Part shown: positions 46,880 through 60,858 of the stretch, one piece after another | Layout of the letters: each line of letters begins with the position of its first letter | How positions within the stretch are numbered: the stretch's first letter is position 1 | NCBI RefSeq assembly: GCF_902713615.1 | Contig: NC_052162.1 | Span: 86,095,240-86,159,239 of the forward strand | Reading direction: 5' to 3' | Length of the DNA stretch: 64,000 nucleotides | DNA from: Scyliorhinus canicula | Lineage: Eukaryota | Position numbers and translations under genes: made by a program | Notes under the pieces: generated by a model | Databases searched by the model: none | What the model saw: only the letters and a program-made list of their open reading frames with translations | What the model was told of the DNA's origin: nothing

Positions 46880-48830
46880 CATGGGACATGGGCATTGTTG
46901 GCTGGGCCAGCATTTGTTGCCCATCCCATAACTGCCCTTGAGAAGGTGATGGTGAGTTGCTTTCTTGAACCCCTGTGGTCCATGTGGCTCAGGAACAATA
47001 CTTTTAGGAAGGATGTTCCAGGATTTTAACCCAGCAACAGTGAACGAACGGCGACATAGTATCATGTCAGGATGGCTTGGAGGAGAACATGAAGGTGGTG
47101 GATTTCCTATGTGTTTGCTGCCCTTGTCCTATTCAGTGGTTAGGTCATGGGTTTGGAAGGTGCTGTTAAAGGAGATTTGGTGAGTTCCTGCAGTGCATCT
47201 TGTAAAAGGTACACACTTCTGACACTGTGCATCGGGGATGGAGGGACTGAATGTTCATAGAAGAGGTGTCAGTCAGGCGGTCTGCTTTGTTCTGGATGAT
47301 ATTTAGCTTCTTGGGTGTTGTTGGAGCTGCACTCATCCAGACAAGTAAGGAGTATTCTGGTATTCGGGCAGCACGGTAGCATAGTGGTTCGTACAATTGC
47401 TTCACAGCTCCAGGGTCCCAGGTGCGATTCCTGGCTTGAGTCACTGTCTGTGCGGAGTCTGCACGTTCTCCCCGTGTGTGTGTGGGTTTCCTCCGGGTGC
47501 TCTGGTTTCCTCCCACAGTCCAAAGACGTGCAGGTTAGGTGGATTGGCCATGCTAAATTGCCCTTAGTGTCCAAAATTTCCCTTAGTGTCGGGTGGGGTT
47601 ACTGGGTTATGGGGATAGGGTGGAGGTGTGGGTTTGGATAGGGTGCTCTTTCCAAGAGCTGGTGCAAACTCGATGGGCCGAATTGCCTCCTTCTGCACTG
47701 TAAACTCCATGATTCTATGATTCTATTCCAGCACATCCCTGACATGTGCCTTGTAGATGGTGGACAGGCTTTTGGGAGACAGGAGGTGAGTTGCTCATCA
47801 CAGGTTTCCTAGTCTCTGACCTGCTCTTGTGGCCACAGTATTTATATGGTTAGTCCAGTTCAACTTGTGGTCAATGATAATCCCCAGGAGTTGATGGTGG
47901 GTGATCCTCTTTTTTAGGAGATGGTCATTGCCTGACACTTGTGGTGGCACAAATGTAACTTGCTGCCAGTCAGTCCCAGCCTGCATATTATCCAGGTCTT
48001 GCTGCATTTGGACATGGACTGCTTCATTTCCGAGGAGTCACAAATGGCATTGAACATTGTGCAATCATCAGCGAATATGCCCACCTCTGACTTTATGATG
48101 GACGGGTGGTCATTGATGAAGCAGCCGAAGATGATTGGGTTTAGGACATTACCTTGAGGAACTGCTGCAGTGATGGCCGGGTACTGAGATGATTGACTTC
48201 CAACAACCACAACCATCTTCCTTTGTGCCAGGTCTGTGTCTAACCAGTGGAGAGTTTCCCCCCTGATTCCCATAGACTCCAGTTTAGCTGGGGCTCCATG
48301 ATGCCATACTCTGTCAAAAGGCAGTCGCTCTTACCTCACCTCTGAAGTTCAGCTCTTTTGTCTATGTTTGAACCAAGGCTGTAAAAATATCAGGAGTTGA
48401 ATGACCCTGCCAGAACCCAAACTGAGCATCAGCGAGCAGGTTATTGCTAAGCAAATTGCCGCTTGATAGCACTATTGATGACCCTTTCCATCAACTTTAT
48501 TGCTGATTGAGAGTAGACGGATGGGGCAGTAATGTACAGGACATACTTGGGCAGTTTTGCACATAGCTGGGAAGTGCCAGTGTTGTAGATGTAGATGTAC
48601 CGGGACACGCCGTAAACTCTGGAGCACGTCTTAAGTACTATTGACGGAGTTCTTGCAGTGCATCTTGTAGATGGTACACCGCTGACACTGGGCATCGGGG
48701 ATGGAGGCAGTGGATGTTTGTAGAAGAGGTGTCAATCAAGCGGTCTGCTTTGTCCTGGATGGCCAGTGCCTTCAGCCATTTTGTCACATCACGTGGGGTG
48801 AATCGAATTGGCTGTGATGTTGGGAACATT
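46880..48830 (-). mobile_element. Decayed CR1/L2-group LINE (RT to 3' end)
   Basis: VPQGNVLNP and FADDC motifs in ORF 47914..48273; 3' tail ACAAATGCTGGCCCAGCCAACAATGCCCATGTCCC. Confidence 0.85.
47366..47722 (+). mobile_element. HE1-like V-SINE inserted in the LINE
   Basis: Complete element; TATTC flanks both ends. Confidence 0.9.
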
Positions 48831-49899
48831 TGGAGCAGAGTTACAGTGAGTGGGACCCTGTGCTCGCCTTCATTTCAGCACCCCTCCCCAGCAACCTCAC
48901 CATCCCCACCCCCCCCCAACCACCTCATCCCTCCTCATCCATCCTCACCCCACAGCGTAAAGGTGGAAACCACAAAATTACACAAACTGATTTTCCACGT
49001 AAAAACATGCCTATATGAATAATTACTGAAATCCAAGCTTATCTCTTGTCAGTGACAGTAAAGTGCGGTGTATGAGTCATTAGGGCGGTGTATGGGTTTT
49101 GAGGCGAGCAAACATGGAACTTGCTGATGAGCAATGAAATGGAAAAATCGGCCGATGACACCGCTGCAGCACAGACCAGTACAGCTAATAAAAACATCGC
49201 CTAGCAACTCTTTATTTTAAAGGTTCATGCATCACAAATAGGGTTTGTTCAGAATGAGTCATTGCAGGAGGGAATACTCCAATCGACAAGATGCATACGC
49301 GGCCATTCTGTGTATTTCTCAGAGTCTCGTTCAGATTCAACAAAAAAAGTTAACTTCCACTCACAAAATCCAAAAGGTTATTGCCGTAAATTCATCTGGG
49401 TGAAGTCCAGTGAGTCCGTGAAGGCCAGTCTGGAGGGCGATGGTGGTTAGAACTACCAGCATGTGACCAGCTGCAGCCTTTATATCAGACCAGCAATGGT
49501 CCATTTCGAAACACAGAATTTAAACAAGAGAAGATGGGAGAAGGATAGATTTTGAAGATCGTCTTGCTTCATCCCTCGTTGGCATGGCAATTTAGAAAAC
49601 TTTTTCTCTACACTTTTTCTTTACAAAATCACCAATTACATCATCAGAGGTAATAAAACTATATTTTTGCCCAAGCTTCATCCTCTTGACTTGCCTTCAA
49701 TTTTCAGCGTCTTTGACTGCCAGATTGATAATGTCGCTTCATATTGCTAAAGAAATTGATCTTGATTTTAGGCAGCTAATAAAGTATTTGAATGAGCAGA
49801 CCTTTGCACATTCACTCCCAGGCTATTATCAGGTAAATGTCTGCAAATATGGGATTAATTTTTATTATTAAACTGCAATTCTAATCATGGATTTCAAAC

Positions 49900-52800
49900 A
49901 ACACTCAGTCTACTCTCCTCCTGCTCATTACACCCTCACACACATTCCTATCCCACAACCCCTTCACAAACTCTCCCTCCCCCAACACCCTCACAAACCC
50001 TCTCTCCCTGGCAACCCCTTCACAAACACTTGCTACTCCAACCCGTTCACAAACTCTCCCTCCCTGGCAACCCCCTCACAAACTCTCCCTCCCTGGCAAC
50101 ACCTCAAACTCTCCCTCCACCAACCCCCTTCACTCAACTACCTTACAAACTCTCCCTCCCTGACAACCCCTTCATAAACTCTCCTCCCCCAACCCCCTCA
50201 CAAACACTCCCCCAACCCCCTCATAAACACTCACTCCCCAACCCCCCACAAACTCTCCCTCCCCCTCACAATCACTCCCTCCCCAACCCCCTCACAAACA
50301 TTTCCTCCCTGAAAACCCCTCACAAAATCTCCCTCTCCAACTCGCTCAGAAACTCTCCCTCACCACAAACCTTGAACACAATCGCCCTCCCTGCAAACCC
50401 CTCACAATCACTCCCTCCTCCAACTACCTCACAAACCCATCCTCCTGCAACCCCCTCACAACTTTCACCTCCGTCAACCTGCTTGCAAACATTCCCTCCG
50501 CACAACCCCCTCAAAAACACGCCTTCCCTCACAATCCCCTCAAGCAGTGTGCCTCCTCACAACTCCCTCACACACTCTCCCTCTGTCTGCAAACTGTGCA
50601 CAAACTTTCCCTGCTCACAACATCCTCACAAACTCTCCCTTCGTCCAATCCTCTCAAACTCTTCCTCTATCTGTAAACCCCTCACAAACTTTCACTCCCC
50701 TTAATCCCCTCATAAACACTACCTCTGTCTGCAAACCCCTCACACCCTCTCCCTCCCTGCAACCTCATCACAAACCCGTCCTCTCCACAACCCCCTCACA
50801 AACTCTCCCTCCATCTGTAAACTCCCCACAAACTCTCTCTCCCACAACCTCCTCAGAAACACCCCACCAAAAACCACTGACAGACTTTCTGTCCATCTGC
50901 AAACCCCTCACAAACTTCCCCTCCATCTGAAACCCACTCACAAACTCTCTGATGCACCATCAATTACGACAAGACGAGAGTAGAGAGTAATCAAGGCTTT
51001 ATTACGCAGAGATGTGGAGCCTCCCGCAGCTGCTGCTGAAATGGCTGCAGCTCGGAGAGCCCACACATTTATACTCCGCCTACTGGGCGGAGCCAGCAGG
51101 CAGGGATCTACCCTGGTACCTGTTGTACAGGGGCCGTACTCGTATGCAGTATACACAATACAACAGTGGTGACTACCACACCCTCCCCATTAACTCCCTC
51201 ACAAACTCTACCTCCCCCTTAATTCCCTCGCAAACTATCCCTCCATCTGCAAACTCCTCTGACACTCTCCCCGCAAACTCATCAGAAACTCATGCTTCCC
51301 ACAACCCCATCACACACTCTTGCTCCATCTGTACCCCTCACAAACTCACCCTCACTGCAACCCCCTCACACACTCACCCTCCGTCTGCATGCTCCTCACG
51401 GACTCTTCATCTGCAAACTCCTCTGATACGCTCTCTCCCCGCAAACTCCACACAAACCCACGGTCCCCACAATCCCCTCACACACTCTTGCTCCATATGT
51501 GCCCCTCACAAACACATCCTCCCTCACTCTGCTGAACCCCTTATAAGCATACCTCGCAAACCCCTCACACGCTTTCCCTCTGTCTGCAAAACTCTTTAAC
51601 TCTCACCCCCTCATAACCCCCTCACAAATTGACTCTCCCTCGGAAACCCCTCAGACACTCTCCCTCCCTTGCAACCCCCTTACAAACTCACCCTCCCCAG
51701 AACTACTCACAACATTTCCCTAACCCTCAACGCAAATATTCCCTTCCCGCAACCCCCTCAAAAACACTTCCACCCCAACCCCTTACCCAAACTCTCCCTC
51801 CCTGCAAACTCCTCGCAAACCCTCTCTCCCTGCAAACGTCTCACAAACTCTCTCTCCCTGCAAACCCCTCACAAACTCTCCCTCCGTCGCAAACCCCTCA
51901 CACATTCTCCCTCCCTCCGAACCCCCTCAGAAACTCATCTTCCCTTGCAATCCATGCACAACCTCTCCCTTCCCCTTTCGCAAACTTTCCCTCACCACAA
52001 CCCCTTTAAAAACACAGCTTCCCCCAGCAACTTCAAAAACTCTCCTCGCAAACCCCTCACAAACTCTCCCACCCCCAACTCCCTCACAAACTCTCCCTCC
52101 GTCGCAAACCCCTCACATACACTTCTTCCCTCACAACCCCCTCACAAACTCACCCTCCCCTGCAACCCCTTCACAAACTCTTCCTCCAACTGCAAACCCC
52201 TCACAAACTCTCCCTCCATCGCAAACCCCTCACAAACTCTCCCTCCCTGCAAACCCCTCATAAACTCTTCCTCCCCAACACCTTCACAAACTCTCCCGCC
52301 CCCCGCAACCCATACAAAGTCTCCCTCGCAAACCCCTCACCAAATCTCCCCTCACACACAGTATCCTTCCCGCAAACCTCCTCACCCACTCTCCCGCCCC
52401 GCAAACTCCTCAAACTTCTCCCTCTCCTGCAAACCCCTCACATACTCTCCCAGCCTTGCAACCCCCTCACAACCTCTCCCGCAAATCCCTCACTGACACT
52501 CCCTCCCATGCAAGCCCCTCACAAACTTGCTTCTCCCGCAAACCCCTTATAACCTCTCCCTCCCTCACAACCCCCTGAAACACTCTGTCTGCCCACAACC
52601 TCTCACAAAATCACCCTCCGTATGCAAACCCCACATAAACATTCCCTCCCCAACCTCCTCACAAACAATGCCTCCGCCTATACATCCCTCACACACTCCC
52701 TCTGTCTGCAACCCCCTCACAAACTTTCTCTTCCCACAAATGCTCACACACTCTCCCTCCATCTGCAACCCCCTCACAAACTCTCCCTCCCTTGCAAACC

Positions 52801-53110
52801 CCTCATACGCTCTCCATCCCTGCAAAACCTCATAATCTCTCTCTCTCGCAACCCTCTCACATCTTCAATACCCTCACAAGCTCTCCCTTTCCTGAAACCC
52901 TCAAACACACACTCCCTCCATCGCAAATCCCTGATACATTCTCCACCCCATAAACCTCTCACTTTTGCCTTCCGTCTGCAACCCCCTCATACTCTCTCCC
53001 TCCGTCTGGATGACCCTAACAAACTCTTTCTTTCGCGAACCCCCAGCAAACTCTTCCCCCCCCCTCAACATGCTCACTCTCTCCCTCCCATCCCCATCCC
53101 CTCCGAGCCT
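49900..53110. repeat. Degenerate C/A-rich minisatellite (unit about CTCCCTCC(ATC)TGCAAACCCCTCACAAACT)
   Basis: AACCCCTCACAAACTCTCCC variants recur throughout; the + strand is strongly G-depleted. Confidence 0.95.
50950..51180 (-). mobile_element. Solo LTR inserted in the minisatellite
   Basis: Reverse-complement homolog of 19658-19881 (GGCTCCGCCCAGTAGGCGG.GTATAA); flanks CTCTC/CCCTC. Confidence 0.9.
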
Positions 53111-53239
53111 CCCCCGAAGCCGAAGTCCGCTCATACTCTTCCATTCTCACCTCGCTCGCCAGAGGTCCTCGAGGCAGCCTGCCTTACCTACACGTGCCTG
53201 CTGCTGGCCTGGGGTGAGATTGGGGTCTGCTCTGCCCCC

Positions 53240-53330
53240 TTCTCTCTTCACAGATGCTGTCAGACTTGCTGAGATTGTCCAGTATTTTTTGTTTTTCTTT
53301 GTGATTCTAGCATCCGCAATAATTTGTTTT
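53240..53330 (+). mobile_element. Penelope-type end fragment
   Basis: ACAGATGCTGTCAGACTTGCTGAGATTGTCCAG is a reverse-complement match (one mismatch) to about 3316-3348. Confidence 0.6.
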
Positions 53331-53599
53331 ATCCCCAGTAATCAACCTCTGATTGGCTGCCCTGCAAACTGGCCATGTTGACATGCAGTCCAGCTTATTT
53401 GACTCTGAGTGTTCCAGTACCATATGCGACCGTACAACAAGACAGCCAATGGTTGGGGGCCCCACCCATTGATCAGGGCTCTGTGCCCATAAACAGTGTG
53501 TTTCATTGTAAATCTGCTCCTGCTCCGGAGAAGATCGAGATAAATCATCACCACAGCACTTCTGGTTAAAGACTGTTGTGAATGCCTCAGCCTTATTTC

Positions 53600-53944
53600 A
53601 TAGAATGTACAGTGCAGAAGGAGGCCATTCAGCCCATCGAGTCTGCACCGGCTCTTGGAAAGAGCAACCTACCCAAGCCCACACCTCCACCCTATCCCCA
53701 TAACCCAGCAACCCCACCCAACACTAAGGGCAATGTTGGACACTAAGGGTAATTTAGCATGGCCAATCCACCTAACCTGCACATCTTTGGACTGTGGGAG
53801 GAAACCAGAGCACCCGGAGGAAACCCCCGCACACACTAGGAGAACGTGCAGACTCCGCACAGACAGTGACCCAAGCCGGGATTCGAACCTGGGACCCTGG
53901 AGCTGTGAAGCAATTGTGCTAACCACTATGCTACCGTGCTGCCC
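53600..53944 (-). mobile_element. HE1-like V-SINE
   Basis: Complete element. Confidence 0.9.
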
Positions 53945-54800
53945 TTTATCTTTTGTATATATGTGTTGGACGTGTCCATCATTGAGGATGAGGATATTTG
54001 TGGAGTTGCCGTCTCCAGTGAGTTGATAATTGTCCACCACCATTCACAGCTGGTTGTGGCTGGACTGCAGAGCTTAGATCTGATCTGTTGGTTGTGGAAC
54101 TGCTTAGCTCTGTCTATTACTTGCTGCTTATGCTGTTTGGCACACAAGTAGTCCTGTGTTGCAGCTTCACCAGGGAGACACCTCATTTTTCGGTGTTGTT
54201 CCTGACATGCTCTCCTGCACTCTTCATTGAACCAGGGTTGTTCCCCTGGCCTGGTGGTAATGGGTAGAGGGGGGGATATGCCGGGCTATGAGGGAGCAGA
54301 TTGTGGTTGAATACAATTCTGCTGTTGCTGATGACCCACAACACCTCATGGATGACCAGTTTTGAGTTGCTGGATCTGTTCAAAGTCTATCCCATTTAGC
54401 ACAGTGGTAGTGCTGCACAATATGATGGAGGGTACCCTTAATGTGAAGACAGAACTTTGTCCCCACAAGGGCGGTGTGATAGCCACTCCTGCCGATTCCA
54501 TCATAGACAGTTACATTTGTGGCAGGCAGTTTGGTAAGGATAAAGTCAAGTATGTTTATCCCTCTTGCTGCTTCATGTGATGTCTGGGGCATTATCTGTA
54601 GGGTATGATTTCGTGAGTAAATGTATGGCAGACTCATCTGTGCTCTTCCAATTTTGGCACAATTGCAGATGTCAATAAAGAGGACTTTGCAGGGTTGACC
54701 GGACTGAGTTTGCCTTTGTTGTTTCAAGTGCCTAGGTCAACGGCAGATCGTCCGTCCAGTTTCATTTAGATCTTTTAGCAGTTTGATGCGATTGAGTGGT
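53945..54800 (-). mobile_element. Decayed LINE fragment (endonuclease to linker region)
   Basis: RGINILDFILT..GIGRSGYHTALV (APE SDH-like region) and IRSKLCSPATTSCEWWWTI. Confidence 0.7.
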
Positions 54801-54803
54801 TTC

Positions 54804-55560
54804 CTAGACCTGTTTCCCGTCGAAACGGAGGACTCTGAACCAGTCTCGCTTCAACAAGTTTGAACCCAGTCCCTGCACCACAGCCAAAGGAAGGCAGACC
54901 AACTGCTTCCCGTACGTTATCGGAGTCATGGTGGTCCCTACAATCTCCAAAGTCTCTCCCATGTAGATTGCCAATCTCGTTCTAGTGTCACGCAATGCCA
55001 GTGGCATGATCACAGTGCTGAGCCGCCGAAATGTGCGGAGATTGACAATGCAAACGGCAGCTCCAGTGTCCATTTCCATCAGCACTGGATAGTCATTGAC
55101 CTGCAAGGTGATCGTGATTGGTACAACTCTCGGAGCCAAGACACAGTTTAATTGCATTAATCAGTCATCCTCATCTGGGGCATCCACGTGCAAAGCCCTG
55201 GTTCGTGGCGACCTAGGTAGCTACCATGATCTGTGCTTCCTGCATCGAACTGGGTGACCCTGACCCTCATGACTCATTTGACTACACAGTTGGCATTACA
55301 GCCGGCTATCTCCTTCATCCTCGGGTAAGACTCTCACCGGGTAGCGGCAGAGCTTGAGACCCGAACTCTACCTCAGAATTGCCTTGGAGCTGATCTGTCA
55401 GAGGAAGTCTGGTCAGTCCAATATCATCCCGTGACTTGGAGGGAGGTCGAAAGGGTGAGCAGCCCAGACTGTGGACGCCATAGTCCATGGAACCCTGCAG
55501 TTCCTGAATACCTTTATTGATTAATCCCCCACATGAGCTGGTCCCTCAACAGAGATGGCT
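54804..55560 (-). mobile_element. Gypsy gag-protease fragment
   Basis: MEMDTGAAVCIV...LPLAVVQGLGSNLLKRDWF. Confidence 0.8.
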
Positions 55561-57599
55561 TGAACTCGCAGTTTGCAGCCAAACGCCACAGGTGGGTCAA
55601 AACGTCAGTGACTGATTCACCTGGAGACGAGACTGCACCACTATATTAAAACAACAACATTTCATAATTATGGAAGTTATTGAATCATAGTGTTCAAAAA
55701 CAAAGCAAACAACTCCTGAAAAGACTTGGAGTCCAGTGCAGCCGGGTAAATCAAGCTTTTTATGATCCCAAGCATCTGGACCCTGTGAGGTAGTCAGGTT
55801 GAGAACATCCTGTTGGTCTTCCCCAAAAATCCCATTCACCTGGAAAAAAATACCTCACGCGTGGTTCCAATCTTCCAGATGCATCAAAGGCTTCCAACTT
55901 TCCAAGTGATGGCATCCTAACCGGCATGACGTTATATTCTCAAACAATAAATTTCTGCTGAATCCCGGAACAAATGCGGAGCTTCCTTTAATCCTTGTCG
56001 CCAGTTTAATGATTCCGCTAAAGCTGGCAGTAAACAAACATAGATTTATTTACACTATTTACAATGGTCTGCATAATGCAGTATTTCACTCCCATGACAA
56101 TCCTAGCTGGGAGGATTAACCACACCAGGCCCCGTTTTGGTCAGCTTTTCTGTTAGCTCATAACGAGCCCCAGGTGTTGACCTCTGCCCCGTACCTAGAG
56201 AGCCCGTATTCCACTGGCCCCAGAGGAAGATCAATAATGGTTTCCCCATGATCCTTGTGGGATTATGACAATCGCTATACTCTTTACCTGGTTGCATAAA
56301 CACTTCTCTTTGAAATTTCTCACCGTACAAAAAATAAGTATTTGTATAATTCAATTTACGTTCTCAGGAATATGTTACTGAAAGACCAAGGAAAATCTTT
56401 AAGCACATTCTTTCTGCAGTGGAGGAGTCCACACTAATATCTTAATCACTGAATACTTCTTTGAAACCCTGAGCTACTGGTTTAGCCTTAAACGTGCCAT
56501 CAGCAGGTACCTTTTCTGTGCATTGCACCTGTGATAAGGCTGGCTGTCCACCGTCTGGTATTTCAGTGCATAGACCAAATTCTTTACAACTCTTTTGTTT
56601 GACATGCCTTATCAAGTCGTCTTTGAATTTTTTAATAGCCACTCCAACTTCTCAATCATAAGGGCTTCTACTTCTAGTGGCATTCATTGCCTGTTCTGTG
56701 GTCCTTGTTCTTATCAAACTACGACCTCTACTTGCCCTCCCATCTCTTTCTGGACTAATGTTACATTAGTGTTAATGTTCTCCCTCTGACAATCAGAATC
56801 CATGATCTTTTCCAAGGGCCATCATCACTTCCAATCCCCCTTTCGGAACTCAGACTGTTTTTTGTGGCCCTCCACATCTTTACCTCATTTTTCCAATGTT
56901 GGGATCTTACCTCCTACCCCTCATCTTGCGCATTCAGCCAATGCTTCTATTTGCCAGTATCTTTTTCTGCTCTTCCTATAGTGGTTGTGTCTGTCCATAC
57001 ACTGCCCCCTACTGGCATACTCTGGTGACAAATTTGGGTAGTTGTCCTTTGGGATGAATAGCCTCATCCTGCCTTTCAGCATCACTTTGTTCGTTCAGTC
57101 AGCCTTTTATCCGCTATAGTCTGCTCCTGATAATTGTACAATATATGCATATGTTAAGTACATGGTACTTCTTCACTTTCTATTGCCTGTTTAGATTTGG
57201 CAGATGTATAATCGGCGCCAATTAGCCTTGTGGAATGTACCCTAACAATTCGACGTTGTAAAATTACTGTTTGTCCATCACTGCCTAGAACCTTATTCAA
57301 GCCTTTACACTCTTCCTGCCCTTTTCTATTTGCAATATACTCCAGATTAAAATGTATTTCTGGTGGCCTTAGCTTGTCCAATTGTCTCTTAAATCTCAGC
57401 CTTGAGAAACCGCATTCTCTCTCCAGGCAGGGTATTCAGATGCTCAGATAAGAATAACTAAGCATAATCTCTTCCAAGGCCGGGGAATGATTCCACATGA
57501 CCGAAGGTTTTTTTGATTTCCCCATGAACTAAGAGAGAGGAACTGTAACCCAAATCACTTGAAGTGTTCTTCACATGGACTGCCCATGCCAGGGCAGAT

Positions 57600-57913
57600 A
57601 ACATAGAACATACAGTGCAGAAGGAAGCTATTTGTCCCATCGAGTCTTCACCAACCCACTTAAGCCCTCCCTTCCACCCTATCCCCATAACTCCTCCTAC
57701 CCATTTTGGACACTAAGGGCAATTTAGTGTGGCCAATCCACCTAACCTGCACGCCTTTGGACTGTGGGAGGAAGCCGGAGCACCCGGAAGAAACTCACGC
57801 ATACACGGGGAGAACGTGCAGACTCTGCACAGACAGTGACCCAGCAGGGAATCGCACCTGGGACCCTGGCGCCGTGAAGCCACAGTGTTAACCACTATGC
57901 TGCCATGCTGCCC
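57600..57913 (-). mobile_element. HE1-like V-SINE inserted in Copia integrase
   Basis: Complete element between integrase segments. Confidence 0.9.
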
Positions 57914-59724
57914 ACGGTAGCATAGTTCACAGCTCGGTTGATCAGCTAAGAATTTGCAAAGCTTCTCATCCATTACTGTGTGATTTATTTCACAAATCCC
58001 ATTACTAAAGAGACTATCCGCTGCTGTGTCCATTACTACGATGATCGTATTTTCACACGTACTTTTAAATGAATCGATGGCAAATTCCCCTCCGTAGTCA
58101 GTTAGGGATTTAACCGGTGACCCCAGTTCCTATCTTGTCTGCAATTACATTTTTGCCTGTGCTATATGTTACTGTTGACAGACTAAATCTAGTTGCTATG
58201 CCTATAAACTGCTAGATAAAAATGTTTTTGGCCTTAAACGATACTTTCAAGTCCATTGCTGCAATGTCAGGAAAGCATCTTGCTACTGGGAGACTCACTA
58301 TGGGCCGTGATGGAGTCCTCATATATTTTCTACACTTCTCGCACTTCTCACTGATCTCTTCTATAGGTTTACAATGTTCATCATCCACTTGCACCCCTCA
58401 GTAGCATTTTTACCCTATGACAAGATAGAGGGGCAAACTGCCAATGTAGTTTTTTTCCTTTGATCTATCAAAGTCATCAACAATTCTTTAACATTGTGAT
58501 TTGAAGTGTTATTTTTGATAACAGGATATAATAATGTCCCGACTGTGTAAACTACAGATTTCCCCAAAGTAGTCACTTCATCATGTTTCATATCTAATTT
58601 CATTTGAGCCTTTTTCATAGGCAGCTTATTACATCTGTGCCGATGAAGTGGTTTGCCCTGGCTGTTTTATATGGAATCACCTCTTTAGTGAGTTCGACAT
58701 GTTATTGTCCCCAATCCTGAAATGTGGAACTTTCATAAGCCTTACATTGGGCTTTACTATTTAGAGAATCCAGCTAACACTTTAACCAATCCACTCCAGG
58801 TAGTGTGTATCTGCACCCACGGGCTAACACAGCACACTGGACTCTAGTTGACCAGCACAGTTCCATCTGACTCTTCAGTATCATCATCTTTCCCCTCCAA
58901 TCCTTCCTTGTCATGTTTCATTTCAAAATTAGGAAGCCGGGCGAGAGATGCTAATAATTTTTCGATTTGTAAACTGCGAGGAAAGGAGACTTCGCTCCAG
59001 CACTGATTCTGCGGACAACTAGTTATCTTTTATATTAAAACAAATTTTATTATCAACATAGAATTTGCCCCATTAACATCCAAGGGAAAAATAGTTCCAT
59101 TAACAGTTAAACAGTTCTTCCAAAAAAAGAAAGGTCTTTGAGCTTACTTTCCCATCCACTTTTAAATTTTCAATTAAGCAAAATCCATACTCAAGTCAAA
59201 TGCCACTTATTAATACAGTCAACATTCAGTGGCTTACAGATTTATGCACGAAGTCCTTGGGAACAAAGCTTTCAGAAATCAGTCTGAGAAACACACCTTT
59301 TCTCAGAAACCAGGGCAGAACTCAAAAAAATCAAACTAAAAACAACAGGCACAGGGCGTAGCCCATGAGTGAATCACTGTCTACCTAGCTGTTAACCCTT
59401 TAATTACAGCTTTAGCAGCCATTTCCTACATTCATCACATTCTTCTTTTATATTAATGTTTATGCTCCATATCTTGAAATGCCACCAGCGTTGAATCCTC
59501 CATCTTTTGTGTTACCGCCGTGTCTCATGCAAATGGTTGGAAATGAATGTTACCCGGGAGTTTCTTCTTAAAGCTTCAGGCATCTATTTCAAAAGTAAAT
59601 CCCTTTCTGAGAGTTTAACTCCTGTCAAGACCAGGAGCCTCTCCATGTTCCATACTTTAGCACAATATAACAATTTGAAAGTTAGGGGTCTCGAGATATA
59701 GGACAGAATCGGATGGCGTTGTTG

Positions 59725-59903
59725 AAATGAAATGAAATGAAAATCGCTTAGGCTAGGCTTCAATGAAGTTACTGTGAAAAGCCCCTAGTCACCACATTCC
59801 GGCGCCTGTCAAGGGAGGCTGGTACGGGAATCGAACCGTGCTGCTGGCCTGCTTGGTCTGCTTTAAAAGCCAGCGATTTAGCCGAGTGAGCTAAACCAGC
59901 CCC
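59725..59903 (-). mobile_element. Short tRNA SINE, second family
   Basis: (GAAAT)n tail on the + strand; homologous to 43498-43673. Confidence 0.9.
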
Positions 59904-60858
59904 TACTTGGTACACGATGAGGCGGGTAAATCTCAAGAGAGGCCTCTAGTGACACTTACGATGCTCATTACGCCTTGCGATATCTAATGCGATCTCGCAA
60001 AGCATGGCGATATGGACCTCACCCTCTATGGGCGGGATTCAGATTTTCATATTTGAGTGTGTAGTTAAGCTCGCTTCAGTATGCTCGTGCGGAGTTACCC
60101 AAGGCGCGGGACCTAATGGCCTGGCCTCGGAGACTCCGAGTGGGCGCCATTAAGCACTGTTTCCTCTAACGTAGACTATTATTAGACTTGGAGACTAATT
60201 TCAGAACCAGTCCTGTCCACTGAAGTTCTGGCACTGCACGGACCAGGGAGCTGCTGGCCAATCAGAAAGATGAGCCATTCTCTGACGCAGACGTCTTCTC
60301 GAGTGAGGGGTGCACGCCCTGCCTCCAGCCAATCAGTGCTCATTGGAGTGTTAAAAGGCTGCAACACAGGTGCCAGAGAGGAAAGGTTCCCTGCCAACTC
60401 TTCAGATGGTGGTGAAGGAGACCCCGCCATCTTAAAAATTCTAGCCAAATGTTTATCCAATCCTTCCTCAGTGTCCAATTGATGAGCTTCTATCTCTCAA
60501 ATATTTTACACTTTATCCTGCTTCTGGTGAGAAGCGAAAATGCCAAGGCCATTGCTGGCTTTTTATTTGGTAAGGACATAACCGATACCCACATAGCTAC
60601 TTCATTCTTCCACCGGTTATTCAGCTTCACAGAGCAATGGTGGAATATCGTTTTCTGATACTTTCAACTTGGTTTCTGCCATTCTTCTCCAAAGTATCTC
60701 TGATGACAATCCTCTGTCCATAACTGTGATTACAATCTTTCAGTCGTCTGAAAAATAATTCTTCCCAATTTCTAATCTTCACCTTCAGGCAACCATTCTC
60801 TGCTCCCATGTTACAAGGAACTAAGCCAGTTGATGAAGTCAAAACTAAGATAGAGGAC

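Noticed and set aside
50030-53272. Long Pro/Ser/Thr-rich ORFs (mucin- or extensin-like)
   Set aside because: Open in several frames because the G-poor minisatellite lacks stop codons; no splice or domain support.
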